Shown here one piece after another: positions 30,128 to 45,207 of a DNA stretch of 64,000 nucleotides. The translations under genes and the position numbers were made by a program. The stretch's first letter is position 1, and each line of letters opens with the position of its first letter. Source of the DNA: Eledone cirrhosa. Its lineage: Eukaryota. The DNA is taken from assembly GCA_964016885.1 (NCBI GenBank), contig OZ024745.1, positions 63,860,001 to 63,924,000 of the forward strand. Direction: 5' to 3'. The notes beneath the pieces were generated by a model. It saw only the letters and a program-made list of their open reading frames with translations, searched no databases and was not told the origin of the DNA.

Positions 30128-30912
30128 TATATATTTTTATCTGTATTTGGTGTATACATCCGTATGCGTGCGGGTACAGGCGTTGCGTGCGTTCTGTATG
30201 TGCGTGCTGGGTTTTTTGGGGGGGCGGGGGGGGGGGTCGTGTACGTGCGTGTATTTGTATACCTATGGCGAGTGTTTTCGCGTATGCTTGTGTATGTACG
30301 TATATGGATGCATGTATGTATTTATTTAATTTCAATTACCTCTGTATTTTATTTACTTTATTCTTAACTATGAACCCGAGTATCATTCGGTTTCCTAGTT
30401 AGAATTTTAGTCTACGACTTCAGTTATACTATTTACGTGATTTTGTCTTTGCGTGCAATTGTTCTCCCCACTCCACATATGACGTATTATCTTCGTTTTT
30501 TCCGTTCATTGCCAGAGAACGTCTCTATGAACCACCTAATATAATTTTAGTCTACGACTTCAGTTATACTATTTACGTGGTTTTGTCTTCGCGTGTAATT
30601 GTTTTTCACCGCTCCAAATAATGACGTATTATATTCGTTTGTTCCCGTTCTTTACCAGGGAACGTTTCCACGAACCAAATTATCGTCTTCCTGTTTTCCT
30701 CCGGTTGAAACGTTTTTTGAAATATTCACTTCTGCGTTCACATATTGACTTTGTTAGTTTCAGAAGAACCTGTTAAGGGTGAAAGCAGCGATTCTTTGCT
30801 TAAACTTTAATCTGTTATTTTAATAAATATTTGCTCTACGGTTCTTATATATTTGATATATATTTATCCTTATCGAGCCCTCTTTGGATTTTAGTCTTCA
30901 AATCTATTATTA

Positions 30913-30917
<5 letters not shown>
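26850..30917 (+). mobile_element. Penelope-like element (YRDD type, possibly Nematis-like) with ~920 bp inverted arms and ~88 nt tail
   Basis: 26850-27772 is the reverse complement of 29890-30827; (TA)n flanks; internal ~140 nt tandem duplication at 30403-30660. Confidence 0.95.
27780..29660 (+). pseudogene. PLE RT + GIY-YIG ORF, disrupted
   Basis: SDKTGNLY, IRLINPTKSDLG, QFDINNYYSSI, MGASDSAEVTDL, GLYRDDGL, WYNPPY, CRNRVDCPLSGKC, YIG; stops at 28479 and 28713, frameshift near 29262. Confidence 0.95.
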
Positions 30918-30995
<78 letters not shown>

Positions 30996-31495
30996 ATGTA
31001 TATATATGTTACTAGATATTAATTCTTTATTATTATCTCCAAATTATTTGTCGAGCAATATTGGCCATGACTGCTGCTATGGTAGCAGGCAGGCCGCTGT
31101 CTTATTAGCAAACCACTTTCCACTGATTGACCTCGATGTCACGTGATTGATTCTTTTTGAATTTGCCACCGACGCAGAGGCAGTGATTTTCTCAATGGCT
31201 AGGAATTCAGTCCACGCTTTGCCTGGATACTTAGATGAGAATAGTGTTCCCTGACGACGGAATGATTCTCATGTGTTTTCTTCGGAAAATATATTTATTC
31301 CATTCCAGAAACTAATTAGTTGGAAGTGATATTTTAGTAAGTAAGTTAATTTTATAATTTTCTTATTTTACGTCTCTCATATTATTGTTCTGCAACCCCA
31401 TGCATTGAACCACAAAGTTACTAAGACAAAACCTATATATTTCCTAGCATTGATATGCATCTGTATGTATATATATATGTTACTAGATATTAATT

Positions 31496-31543
<48 letters not shown>

Positions 31544-31550
31544 AGACAGC

Positions 31551-31622
<72 letters not shown>

Positions 31623-31697
31623 GGAGGACAGACAGACAGGAGGACAGACAGACAGAGAGAGAAGGAGAGATATGTAGATATGTGTATATATATATGT

Positions 31698-31915
31698 AAA
31701 TAAGAAAATTTCGCTCAAACATGGCTGAATACAATAAATGTAATCTGACTTTTTCGAATATTAATAATAACATTCGATTCGCATACCAACATAAGAGCAA
31801 GAATTAAGTGTTCATTCCACTGACATGGCTATAAAATTGAGGCTTGTTTGCATAATTGCAAACGAATCGAATGTTATTATTAATATTCGAAAATCTCAGA
31901 TTACATTTATTGTAT
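31698..31915 (-). repeat. Short inverted-repeat element (~50 bp arms) in a microsatellite
   Basis: 31730-31781 vs 31863-31915; extension on the left. Confidence 0.7.
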
Positions 31916-31964
31916 ATATATAAACATATATATATTTATATATGTCTGTAAATGCATATATCTA

Positions 31965-32250
31965 AGTCTAAAATCTCCAAGTCTGTCATAAGCCAGAAGG
32001 CTCACATGGCCGGTGCTTATCTCGGTTTCATGGCGTGAAGCCATAGAGGGTAAAAGACTCCCAGCTGGACAGATCGCCAGACCATCGCAGGGTTAAACCC
32101 CAGCTATTGCTGGTACTCATTTTCAGCTGAGTATACTGGAGCAACGTGAAATGAAATGTTTTTTATCAAGAACACAACGCATAACCCAGGATTTGAACCC
32201 ACGACATTATGAGCGTACGTCCAACACCCTTACCACTAGGCCATTTGCCT
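31965..32250 (-). mobile_element. tRNA-derived SINE (family B)
   Basis: Minus strand: A box TGGCCTAGTGG, B box GTTCAAATCC, then 'tttcacgttgctccagt..actca' core also present at ~46535-46570 (+). Confidence 0.85.
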
Positions 32251-32641
32251 CCACTAAATTGCATATATATACATCTGTATGTACATAAAATATATATATA
32301 TGTGTGTGTGTATATATATATATGTGTGTGTGTGTGTTTGTGTATGTGCGTGTGTGTGAGTGTGTGTGTCTGTGTGTGGTGTGTTTGTGTGTGTATGTGT
32401 GTCTATGTATATAAAATTACATGTGGTTGGATGTTGATGAGTATATATAAACATATACATGTAATTAGATTAAGAGGTTAAAATATAATAGTATTTATAA
32501 CGTTCAAATAATGTTCAAATATTACACGATTGTGTACTTAATGCTGGTAGCTGTTTATTAGTAGCTATTCCATTAACTAATTCCAGAATTAAGCTTTAAT
32601 ATCACGTCCTATTCGTATATATTTATATGTACATATATATA

Positions 32642-33085
32642 TAATTGTTTTTCACTGCTCCAAATAATTGTTTCTATTTTAGGCACAAGGCCAGCAATTA
32701 CCCAGTACATTACTGGTACTTTATTTTATCGACCCCGTAAGGATGAAAGGCAAAGTTAACCTCGGCGGGATTTGAACTCAGATCATAAAGCGACGTAACT
32801 CTATGATCTGAGTTCAAATCCCGCCGAGGTTAACTTTGCCTTTCATCCTTACCGGGTCGTAATACTGCTCCAAATAATGACGTATTATATTCGTTTTTTC
32901 CCGTTCTTTGCCAGGGAACGTTTCCACGAACCAAAGTATCGTCTTCCTGTCTTCCTCCGGTTGCAACGTTTTTTGAAATATTCACTTCTGCGTTCACAGA
33001 TTGACTTTGTTAGTTTCAGAAGATACCGTAAAGGGTGAAAGCAGCGATTCTTTGCTTAAACTTTAATCTGTTATTTTAATAAATA
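32642..33085 (+). mobile_element. Fragment of the 26850-30917 PLE 3' UTR, interrupted by the SINE
   Basis: Matches 30596-30829. Confidence 0.9.
32669..32863 (-). mobile_element. SINE family A with internal inversion, inserted in a PLE arm
   Basis: 15 bp TSD ACTGCTCCAAATAAT at 32654-68 and 32864-78; 32730-32787 inverted at 32802-32859. Confidence 0.9.
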
Positions 33086-33103
33086 TATATATATATATAT
33101 ATA

Positions 33104-33415
33104 ATATTAAGGATACTATTTATGGTTATGTATATACTAAAACCTTTTATAGTTATGTATATTTTAAACCCTAAACAGTGAAGGTCAGTATTTTAATTTT
33201 GTTTTAATTTTAATTTAGATTTTAATTTTGAATTTGAATTACTACACTGTACATCAATATATATATATATATGTATCTGTATGTCTCTTGCGCTGGAAAG
33301 GAGGTCAATCATGTGTACAAACATTGAAAAATGCTCCGAAGAGCCCAAGCCTAGGTTTGGATGAAACAATTGTAAGTGAATAAATGCTTTGAACATAGCT
33401 TTGATTCTTGTGAAT
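33104..33415. mobile_element. Diverged short relative of the 49793-51372 element
   Basis: 33104-33190 resembles 49794-49880; 33270-33408 resembles 51221-51357, including the HHR-like motif at 33332-33378. Confidence 0.8.
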
Positions 33416-33424
33416 CTCTCTCTC

Positions 33425-33457
<33 letters not shown>

Positions 33458-33531
33458 AAAAGGTAAACAGAAATAACAACAGAATCGGTACAGTATATGG
33501 AATATATTTATATATATATATATATATACAC

Positions 33532-33674
<143 letters not shown>

Positions 33675-33683
33675 TGTGTGTGT

Positions 33684-33723
<40 letters not shown>

Positions 33724-34022
33724 ATATATAACTGTCTGCTGGGCACACAGGCAATAGGACATGTGTTATTTCCTGCCAGAGACATATCAAACATATCGGA
33801 CTCATCTGAGGATACCGTTCTCATAATCAACAGTAAATGCATGAAGGACATCTCGATTGCATGGAGAACCGTGGAAATAATTATAATGATTAAACGATAT
33901 ATGTAACCTCAGCATCTTATTTTGTTATTTCTTATAAAATTCTCCATCGTAACAGAAAACAACGATCGTTGAGAGCTTTCTCCTACTGACTCGTGTTTTT
34001 ACCAAAACAAACTTTTCCGAAC

Positions 34023-34164
<142 letters not shown>

Positions 34165-34228
34165 TCGGAAAAGTTTGTTATATATATTATCGAATACTGT
34201 TGGCTTCTTGTACAATACTTTCTATACA

Positions 34229-34286
<58 letters not shown>

Positions 34287-34287
34287 G

Positions 34288-34335
<48 letters not shown>

Positions 34336-34604
34336 TATATGGAGGAAGTTGTAGTTCACTTGAAGCATTGCGTAATGAGGTATAAACCTTTGGAGTTGGA
34401 AGGCCAAGAAAATGAAGGTATGGATATAGAATATAAATACAAATGCAAAAGGTATTGTTGTCATTTAGTCTTTTACGTTAAATTTATTTGAATATCCTTA
34501 ATTTTCGAGATAATATCTATTCTTCGGAGGAGTTAATCCAGTGTTTTGATTAGCTTGCCAAGTCATGCTGACAGGAAATGGTATTACCATATATATATAT
34601 ATAT

Positions 34605-35479
34605 ATGAAAAACAAGCGGAGAAGAATACTGCATGGTTGCACATGGATTACATATTATAAAATTAGTCCCTCATCAGTGATTTGCCAACCATCATTGGTA
34701 TTTCATCGCATTAAAAATCAGATACCTCAGGTTGGTGCGAGCAATAACTAAAATAAGCTATTGGGACAAGTGAAACGCGTAAAGCGAGTGAGACAAGTAA
34801 ACAACAGAAGGAAAAGCAAACCGAAGGTTGGAAAAACAGCAAGCAACATGATAGTTATCCGATCAGCATAAGCTGGGTGAATTTCATGAGCGGTCAGAGA
34901 AGCAGACCGTACGCCGTGAATGGGGTGTGAGAAAGAAGGAACCCCACTACTAGCGAACGGGAGGAAGTGAGAAGGGGAGAAACAGTGAGTGAGTGGAAGT
35001 GCGAGGAAGAGGTCAGTCGAGAGAAAGTGTAACTGACAGGGGGGCGAAAGAAGGTAAGAGAAACAGAAAGAACGCGGGAGCAGTAAGAGAGAAAGAGAGA
35101 AACAGATAATCGAAGTTTAGATAAATATATATGAAAAACAAGCGGAGAAGAATACTGCATGGTTGCACATGGATTACATATTATAAAATTAGTCCCTCAT
35201 CAGTGATTTGCCAACCATCATTGGTATTTCATCGCATTAAAAATCAGATACCTCAGGTTGGTGCGAGCAATAACTAAAATAAGCTATTGGGACAAGTGAA
35301 ACGCGTAAAGCGAGTGAGACAAGTAAACAACAGAAGGAAAAGCAAACCGAAGGTTGGAAAAACAGCAAGCAACATGATAGTTATCCGATCAGCATAATCT
35401 GGGTGAATTTCATGAGCGGTCAGAGAAGCAGACCGTACGCCGTGAATGGGGTGTGAGAAAGAAGGAACCCCACTACTAG

Positions 35480-35482
<3 letters not shown>
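34605..35482. repeat. Partial tandem duplication, period 526 nt, TA-flanked, non-coding
   Basis: 34605-34956 is nearly identical to 35131-35482. Confidence 0.95.
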
Positions 35483-35521
<39 letters not shown>

Positions 35522-35567
35522 ATATATAAATATGTATATATATACACATATACATACTCACACTCAT

Positions 35568-35625
<58 letters not shown>

Positions 35626-35632
35626 GTATAAA

Positions 35633-35748
<116 letters not shown>

Positions 35749-35768
35749 TATATATATATATATATACA

Positions 35769-35824
<56 letters not shown>

Positions 35825-35834
35825 TATATAAATA

Positions 35835-36042
35835 TATCCAGGTATGGATATAGAATATAAATAAAAATGCAAAAGATATTGTTGACAATTAGTCTTTTAC
35901 CTTAAATTTATTTGAATATTCTTAATTTTTGAGATAATATCTATTCTTCGGAGGGTAGTAAAGGGGTTAATCCAGTGTTCTAATTAGCTTGCAAGTCAAG
36001 GATTAACCTCTTTACTTCCCTCCGAAGAAGAGATATTATATA
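35835..36042 (-). mobile_element. Short inverted-arm element; second copy at ~34417-34566
   Basis: 35933-35973 vs 36000-36040 inverted; 35841-35998 homologous to 34417-34565. Confidence 0.75.
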
Positions 36043-36081
36043 TTTATATATATATATATATATCGGGATCATGCTTTTTCC

Positions 36082-36164
<83 letters not shown>

Positions 36165-36165
<1 letters not shown>

Positions 36166-37031
36166 GCAATATGTATTAAAGATAACACACTAGAGAGAGA
36201 GAGAGATAGTGCGCCATCAGTCAAACAGGGAAAACTACCAGTGTATGGAATATATAGCCCATGGGAGGCAGAGTAGACACACGATAATTAAAAGTATAAA
36301 TTAAAGTGTAAATACATACCTCGATAACTATCTAACACACACGTACAAATCCAAAAAGATCTATTTCGCCAAATAGGTTGTTGACAGAAATTAATAGCCC
36401 ATGGTTCATCAGGCTATACATTTCAGACAACTCTAAGAGAATCTAAAGTGACCGTGCAGCCACACGTTGGAGAGAGAATTGACAGCGTGCCTAGGGCAGT
36501 AAGCAGTGGTCTCTGAGGAACGAGCTGCTAGAAAGTGCAGCCCAAACAACTCAGAGAAGTGTGCTCAACCAAACAGAGAGAGAGGAAAGACTGTTATAAG
36601 GAGCGAAATATCACGATAAATTAACGGAGCCATAGACTGTCGCTATTCCCTGTCAGTAATGTGCTCAAAGTAGAAGGAATCCCGAGCTCTTTATAATACA
36701 ATATGTAGAAAAGATAACACACTAGAGAGAAAGATAGTGCGTTATCAGTCAAACAGGGAAAAACCACCAGTGTATGGAATCTATAGCCCATGGAAGGCAG
36801 AGTAGACACTTTAATTTATACTTTTAATTATTGTATGTCTACTCTGCCTTCCATGGGCTATAGATTCCATACACTGGTGGTTTTTCCCTGTTTGACTGAT
36901 GGCGCACTATCTTTCTCTCTAGTGTGTTATCTTTTCTACATATTGTATTATAAAGAGCTCGGGATTCCTTCTCCTTTGAGCACATTACTGACAGGGAATA
37001 GCGAGAGTCTATGGCTCCGTTAATTTATCGT
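36165..37031. mobile_element. Non-coding tandem (period ~532 nt) plus inverted element in (TA)n
   Basis: 36179-36279 recurs at 36711-36808; 36613-36808 inverted at 36836-37031. Confidence 0.85.
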
Positions 37032-37087
37032 TATGTATATATATATATATATATGTATGTATATATATATGTATGTATATATATATA

Positions 37088-37136
<49 letters not shown>

Positions 37137-38510
37137 GTTGTGTATCACCAGAAAGGGCGTAATATATGCATGTGAGAAACTAGGAGAAGCGATGTTTTAT
37201 TTATTAGCTTCAAACTAATAAAGAAAATTATTCTACAATACTTGGGCTATTTAGTTTGTGATCAACAAATGATAGCACTGGTAATGTTCATTACCAACTC
37301 AGACATAATCAGGCAGACCTTCTTGATATTTGGGGATTACTATTTCAAGTGCGCGCTTTTTAAGATATTATTTGAGAAAGATTTGGCTTCTATTTCTAGC
37401 AGGTGAGATAACGTAGTGTGTTATTCTCTTTCTCACGTAGCGCAATGAATTGAATTGAAATTCTTAACAATAGAGTCATTAGGATTTATGTCTCAGTAAC
37501 ATTCCCCTTTTTATCTATATTTTATTTTGTTTTATTTTTTTTTATTTTTTTTATTTTTTGTAAGTATACAATAGGGTCCATATATGCTGATACATATCCA
37601 CGCATTAACCGTTAAATATTTGCAAACACGCACTTAAACAAATACAAGCATATTCACCGAAACAATATAATAATGGGACGCCCACGCGTATGGTTTTAAT
37701 CTGTTTAACTATATTGAAATATCACTCCAGCTTTCACTATTGCAAAATATCTAAACTAAAAAAAGATCAATTATCTCTTCCGATCCTCGCCTTTCCTTTG
37801 TTGGGCGCCAAGTCCACACCTGCCCATTATAAATGATTTAGAAATGTAGCTATTGTGATTTTGCTTGCCCTTTCAGCTTCCGGCTATACAGTTTTCCTCA
37901 CAATACAAATGTCACCCTCGATATGAAGAATAGGAGGAGGGGAAAAAAGGAAACCACGTCATACCTTTAAGTATTCTATACTCAGATATGATGACATACC
38001 AGCTATAAATTTCAAGTAGCTTTTTCTGTAATATGAAAGGCTCACAAAATGCGTTAAAAGTCAGACAGAACACTTTCAGGTATTATAGTCGACATTCTGC
38101 GTTCAAATCCCTCTCAGCTCAACAATGCCGTTTCTTTTTTGTTGAATAGATAAAATAAATTATTAGTGAAGCCACAGTAACTATGCCGTTTTCAGGTCTA
38201 ACTAATCACGTTGGCTAATTGAGAGTCGGGTGAGGTGCAACAGCAGACTGGTGATTAGATTTTGACATCGAAGTCTAGACGACAATTGAATTCAGCTTAC
38301 AAGGAGACGGAATAGATGCTGCAAAGCAACTCCTCCGACACATGAAAAATATCGTTAATCCAGCGCAGTGGGCGTACTTTATTTATCGACTTTCAGTGAG
38401 GAAGTTGAAATCGGCGAAATATGAACTCAATTAGCACATTAGACTAATGTTTTAATACTGAATCATCCAAGCTGACATTCGGAACTATTCCATTTATCTA
38501 TAAAAATAAT

Positions 38511-38880
38511 TGTTTCTACTTTTGGCACAAGGCCAGCAAATACCCAGTGTATTACTGGTACTTTATTTTATCGACCCCGTAAGGATGAAAGGCAAAGTTA
38601 ACCTCAGCGGGATTTGAACTCAGAATTGAAAGGACCGTAACTCAATGCGTCAAAGCATGGCGTCCGACCCTCTACCGATACTGCCAATCGACCATAAAAA
38701 TAATTGTTTCTACTTTAGGTACAAGGCCAGCAATTACCCAGTGCATTACTGGTACTTTATTTTATCGACCCCGTAAGGATGAAAGGCAAAGTCAACCTCG
38801 GCGGGATTTGAACTCAGATCGTAAAGGGACGTAATTATGCTGGAAAGCATAGTTACGACCCTCTACTGATACTCCCAATC
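38511..38880 (-). mobile_element. Two tandem SINE family A copies
   Basis: 38511-38693 and 38705-38880; ATAAAAATAAT repeated at 38500 and 38694 (TSD-like). Confidence 0.9.
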
Positions 38881-39455
38881 CTTAGTGATTTGTATTTCAA
38901 TTTCGAGTTTTATTTTAAATTTTGCAAAGAATTGGTGTGTTATTCCCCAGGGCGTTTCTCTCTCTCTATATATATATAGTGTGGGTGTGTTTGTTTGTGT
39001 GCAGATACATATGTATATGTATATATAAACATACGTCAATTTGAGTGTATTTACATGCGATATAAATGTGTGTGTTTGTGTGTGTGTGTCTTTATGTGTA
39101 TGTGTGCGTGTAGATGTTTATGTGTGTAGGTGTGTAAAAACTGTTCCACTTCCGAGGTAAACGTTGCTAAAGAATATGATGTATCTGCTACAAAGATTAC
39201 TTAAATGAACATTTCCTATCATATGAACTATCACGTGTACTATCATATGTTCACTAGCATATAATTGGTTATTTCAATAGTGAAATTGGTTTTAGTAGAT
39301 AGGCTTCCACCATACTGAGGAAAGCCTTTTAACATACTTAATTGGTTATATAGAACCCAGTAATAATTTGTCTAATTTTACGAGATAGATGATTTTGGCT
39401 GAACAGTTAACTGGTAATAGGTAAGTTTCTGAGAAACCAAAACATAAGTCAGCTA

Positions 39456-39591
<136 letters not shown>

Positions 39592-39793
39592 GAGGTTATC
39601 GTGTACTAATTCGCTATTTTCATTGGTAAGATGAGTTAAGCTCAATCCACATGTTTACCCCTCGTTCTTCAGGAGGGAACATTTATAGTAGATGTTCAAA
39701 CACATAATAATAATCCTTGGCTTTACTGAAATTTGAATTATATATATATATATATATATATATACCACCTGGTATCTTATCACACCTTCTTTT

Positions 39794-39848
<55 letters not shown>

Positions 39849-39849
39849 T

Positions 39850-42768
39850 AATAAAAAACAAGGAATAAAAACAAAGAACAAGTTCCTTATATTAAAAAAT
39901 TCATCATTTTACGATCGTTTCTAGGATATATATGTGTGTTGGTATGTATATCATATAGATCTATGTAAAAATATTACAAACTATCAGAGGAAATATACAT
40001 ACCTTCACATATATATGCTGTCTTCAGAAATGATGAGATTTGTTTATTGAAAAAAAACAACAAAGATTTAATATAATAGGTCTGTTTGGGAACAGGTTTT
40101 GAATTGAAAAATAGAAAAGTAGTAAGAGGTCAAGTTGATAGAATAGTAGTAGTAGAAATTTAATTTAGGGGTAGAGGGGTGCAGACTTATGTTTTGAATA
40201 GAAAGAACACTTTGAATGAAAAGAATACTTGAAAAGAAAATTTGATGTTATTAAAGAATAGTGTTAAAAACGAGGAAAGTAAAATTTTAGGGTAAATGAG
40301 AAATACCAATCCTATTTAAACCACAAGGAATCTAGATCTATAACAAGAAATTAAATTAATTGATAGGTATACTTATAGGGATAAATTTATATTACTTCAT
40401 ATGGATGTGATAAATAAGAATTAGATGTTATTAAAGAATGTTTTTATAAACGAAGGAAAATAAAATTTTGGGATAAGGGTAGTATTTAGAAATACCAATC
40501 TTATATAAACTACAAGGAATCTAGATTCATAACAGGAAATTAAATTAATTTATATGTATACTTTTAGGTATTAATTTTAGGAAAAGAGAGCTGTAAGAGG
40601 GAAATAAAATTATGAAGTTCTCTGTAGTAAAGTACTAATTATAGGTTAACTAAATTAAAAAAACTAATTATAATAATATGTAAAATATAAGTGTAAGGTG
40701 TATATTAATTAGGTTTATAATATTTGAAAGTTCTTCTAATTCTATGATTGCAAGATATAATTAATTCTTGTCGCTTATTTAATAGGATATCCTTAGATTT
40801 CATTATTTCAAAAAATTCCTGGGAACATAATCTACACTCATATCTGCTATTTTGATAAGGGGTGGCCCTTTTGAGCATACTCCAGGTCAGGTTGTAATCG
40901 ATATTCTTTTTTCTATAATTATTAATTGTTTCAGCCAAGGATGTTGTATTAGCTAATGCGGTATTTTAAAACTATGTTTGTGGGTATTAAATCTTACTTT
41001 AAATTGGTTAGACGTAGCTGCTATATATGAATAAGTGGAGTCCTTAGTGCTAATTTTACATTTATAGACTATGTTATTAATAAGACAATTTCCCTTTAAT
41101 GGGCAATTTATTTTGTTTCTACAGTTACAACCATTCGTGAATATTATATCGGGGGAGTTAGTCAAATTTGGTGTGAAATTTAATTGACTTGTTATATGTG
41201 AAGGAGATGGTGGTTTGTTGCGGTTTATTTTAGTATTATGGTTGGTTTGATGTGTTGGTGGTATATTCGTGTTTTTTTACATTTATATGCATTGTACCCG
41301 CTTATATTTTGTTGTATATTTTTGGTAGTGGAGTAGGAAAATTTGACAGTTGAACTATTTAAAATTTGATGGTATTTATGGTTTGGCGGGAAGTTTTTCT
41401 CTATGATAGTAACAAAATTTTTAGGGATATTATCTTTAATTTGTAGATTAAATGGAGCATTATACCAAGTAACCCGTCTATTACGGTTTCGATATTGTTT
41501 TTTTATATTTATACGATGTATCAGGATGTTTACTAAGAGAGTTACTATTAGTGAATTTATTATATATAGGTTTAGTTAGATTTATATGCATTGTACCCAC
41601 TTATATTTTGTTGTATATTTTTGGTAGTGGAGTAGGAAAATTTGACAGTTGAACTATTTAAAATTTGATGGTATTTATGGTTTGGCGGGAAGTTTTTCTC
41701 TATGATAGTAACAAAATTTTTAGGGATATTATCTTTAATTTGTAGATTAAATGGAGCATTATACCAAGTAACCCGTCTATTACGGTTTCGATATTGTTTT
41801 TTATATGTATACGATGTATCAGGATGTTTACTAAGAGAGTTACTATTAGTGAATTTATTATATATAGGTTTAGTTAGATTAACTGATTTAGGTGTTTTAG
41901 TCTGATTATTAGGAATTCTGTTAGTAATGTTGTTAACATATATTGGAGTATTAGGATGAAAGGTTAGAGATTCTGAGTGAAATATATGCTAGGTTTTTAA
42001 GGATAGATCTACTAGGGTGATTGGATTGTTAATGTATGTAATGTAAGTTTTGGTTAGGTTTATGGTAAGGTTGATAGATACCCGTAGATAAGTCTAAACT
42101 TATATCTAGGAAATTAACTATTTTACTAGAGTTTTCAAATGTAATAGTGAGATTGTAATAGTCTTTGAGGAAAGTTCTAATAAGTTTTTTTTTTTTTCGA
42201 TTTCTGATAGGCTAAGATTAGTGGAAAGAAGAAGACAGTCATCACGATATAAACCACCTTTAAGGTGGGGAAAAGAAGAATTTATGTTAAATAGAAGAAA
42301 GAGGCCCACAAGATCGGTAATTTGGGCAGAATCACTAGAGCCCATAGTAATATCGAATTGATTACTATATGTATTTCTGGTCCAGTATTCCTTCTGAAAT
42401 TCCAGTAGTGTTTGTCTAGCGTGCGTGATAATATTAATGTCATCCATAGTTAAGTTTGATCTATTTTTGGCAAATATCAAGGCTTTGTTCAGGAGTATGG
42501 GTGATATAGAGTAATAATAAGCATCTATATCAAATTGTAGAAATGAAGCAGATGATTTATTTCTAATATTAGTAAACCAGTTAATTACTTGGGGTGTGTT
42601 TTCCCAGAGTGGTAAATTAACGTGTTTTCTTAATTGTGGGATGATTCTATCTAAAATGTTTTAACTAATGATGCCAATGTCATATTTGGAAGGGCATATA
42701 AGTCTTATAGAAGGATTAGAGTTAAAGTTAGATTTGTGATCTTTCAGGTTAAAGTGTGGGTTTTTTCA
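39850..42768 (-). mobile_element. 5'-truncated Penelope-like element, same subfamily as 10468-14620
   Basis: ORF pieces 42118-42480 (MGSSDSAQITDL, GLYRDDCL), 40953-41165 (CNCRNKINCPLKGNC), 40705-40938; 299 nt internal tandem duplication at 41281-41878. Confidence 0.92.
39901..40036 (-). ncRNA. Type I hammerhead ribozyme with long stem II
   Basis: Stem I TCATCATTT/AAATGATGA; CTGAAGA; GAAA-CGATCG-TA. Confidence 0.8.
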
Positions 42769-42856
42769 GTATATATAGAACAAAGAAGGTGTGGTAAGAT
42801 ACCAGGTGGTATATATATATATATATACCACCTGGTATCTTACCACACCTTCTTTG

Positions 42857-44492
<1,636 letters not shown>

Positions 44493-44549
44493 TATATATA
44501 TATATATATATATATATATACCACCTGGTATCTTACCACATCTTCTTTG

Positions 44550-44589
<40 letters not shown>

Positions 44590-44909
44590 AAGGTATAGAA
44601 TTTACAATATTCCACAGCTACTGGTCAGACTAATTGTAATTGGGATTCATCGGTCTTGGCTATGAATCTAAACCTTCAATATTTTCAATATATATATATA
44701 TTTGAAATGAGTTGTGGATTTCACATGGGTATTGGTAGGTTGCCACAGTAAAAGAAAGAATGGTCAATACGTTAGTAGAATCTAGGCACCATTACTTTAT
44801 ATAGAAATGAAGTCTACAGGACTAGAACTATTTTATTTGTATGAAATCATAAGGTATGACCTGATGACTTTATACGAATGAAAGAGTCCTAGACCTCTAA
44901 AATTCATCT

Positions 44910-44976
<67 letters not shown>

Positions 44977-45159
44977 CCTTTATAAAATAACCCACACCCC
45001 AAATAACTTCTCATTCACTACCAGAAAGGGACACAGCAGTCAACCTGTTGTTGCTACCTAGATGAAAACTGCTATGAAATCCCACAATGAATTTTATACT
45101 TGAATTTTCAAGTCTCAAATTTTAACTCTTCGTATTATTAATTTTTCTTAATATTAATC

Positions 45160-45207
45160 AACATTTGAAAAGATGGCTTTTGCAGACCCATCGAAACCGG
45201 TCATTTT
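45160..45207 (+). ncRNA. HHR-like motif with U3-A8 core
   Basis: TTGAAAA-GATGG...CCATC-GAAA-CCGG-TC; palindromic ACCGGT; weak stem I. Confidence 0.55.

Noticed and set aside
30755-30800. CAGAAGA-ACCT..GGGT-GAAA HHR-like motif (also ~26885-26916 and ~33018)
   Set aside because: Conserved in three copies, but no stem I or valid stem III/NUH could be paired by eye
44800-44915. CTGATGA...GAAA-GAG-TC motif in an imperfect inverted repeat
   Set aside because: Stems I and II do not pair convincingly
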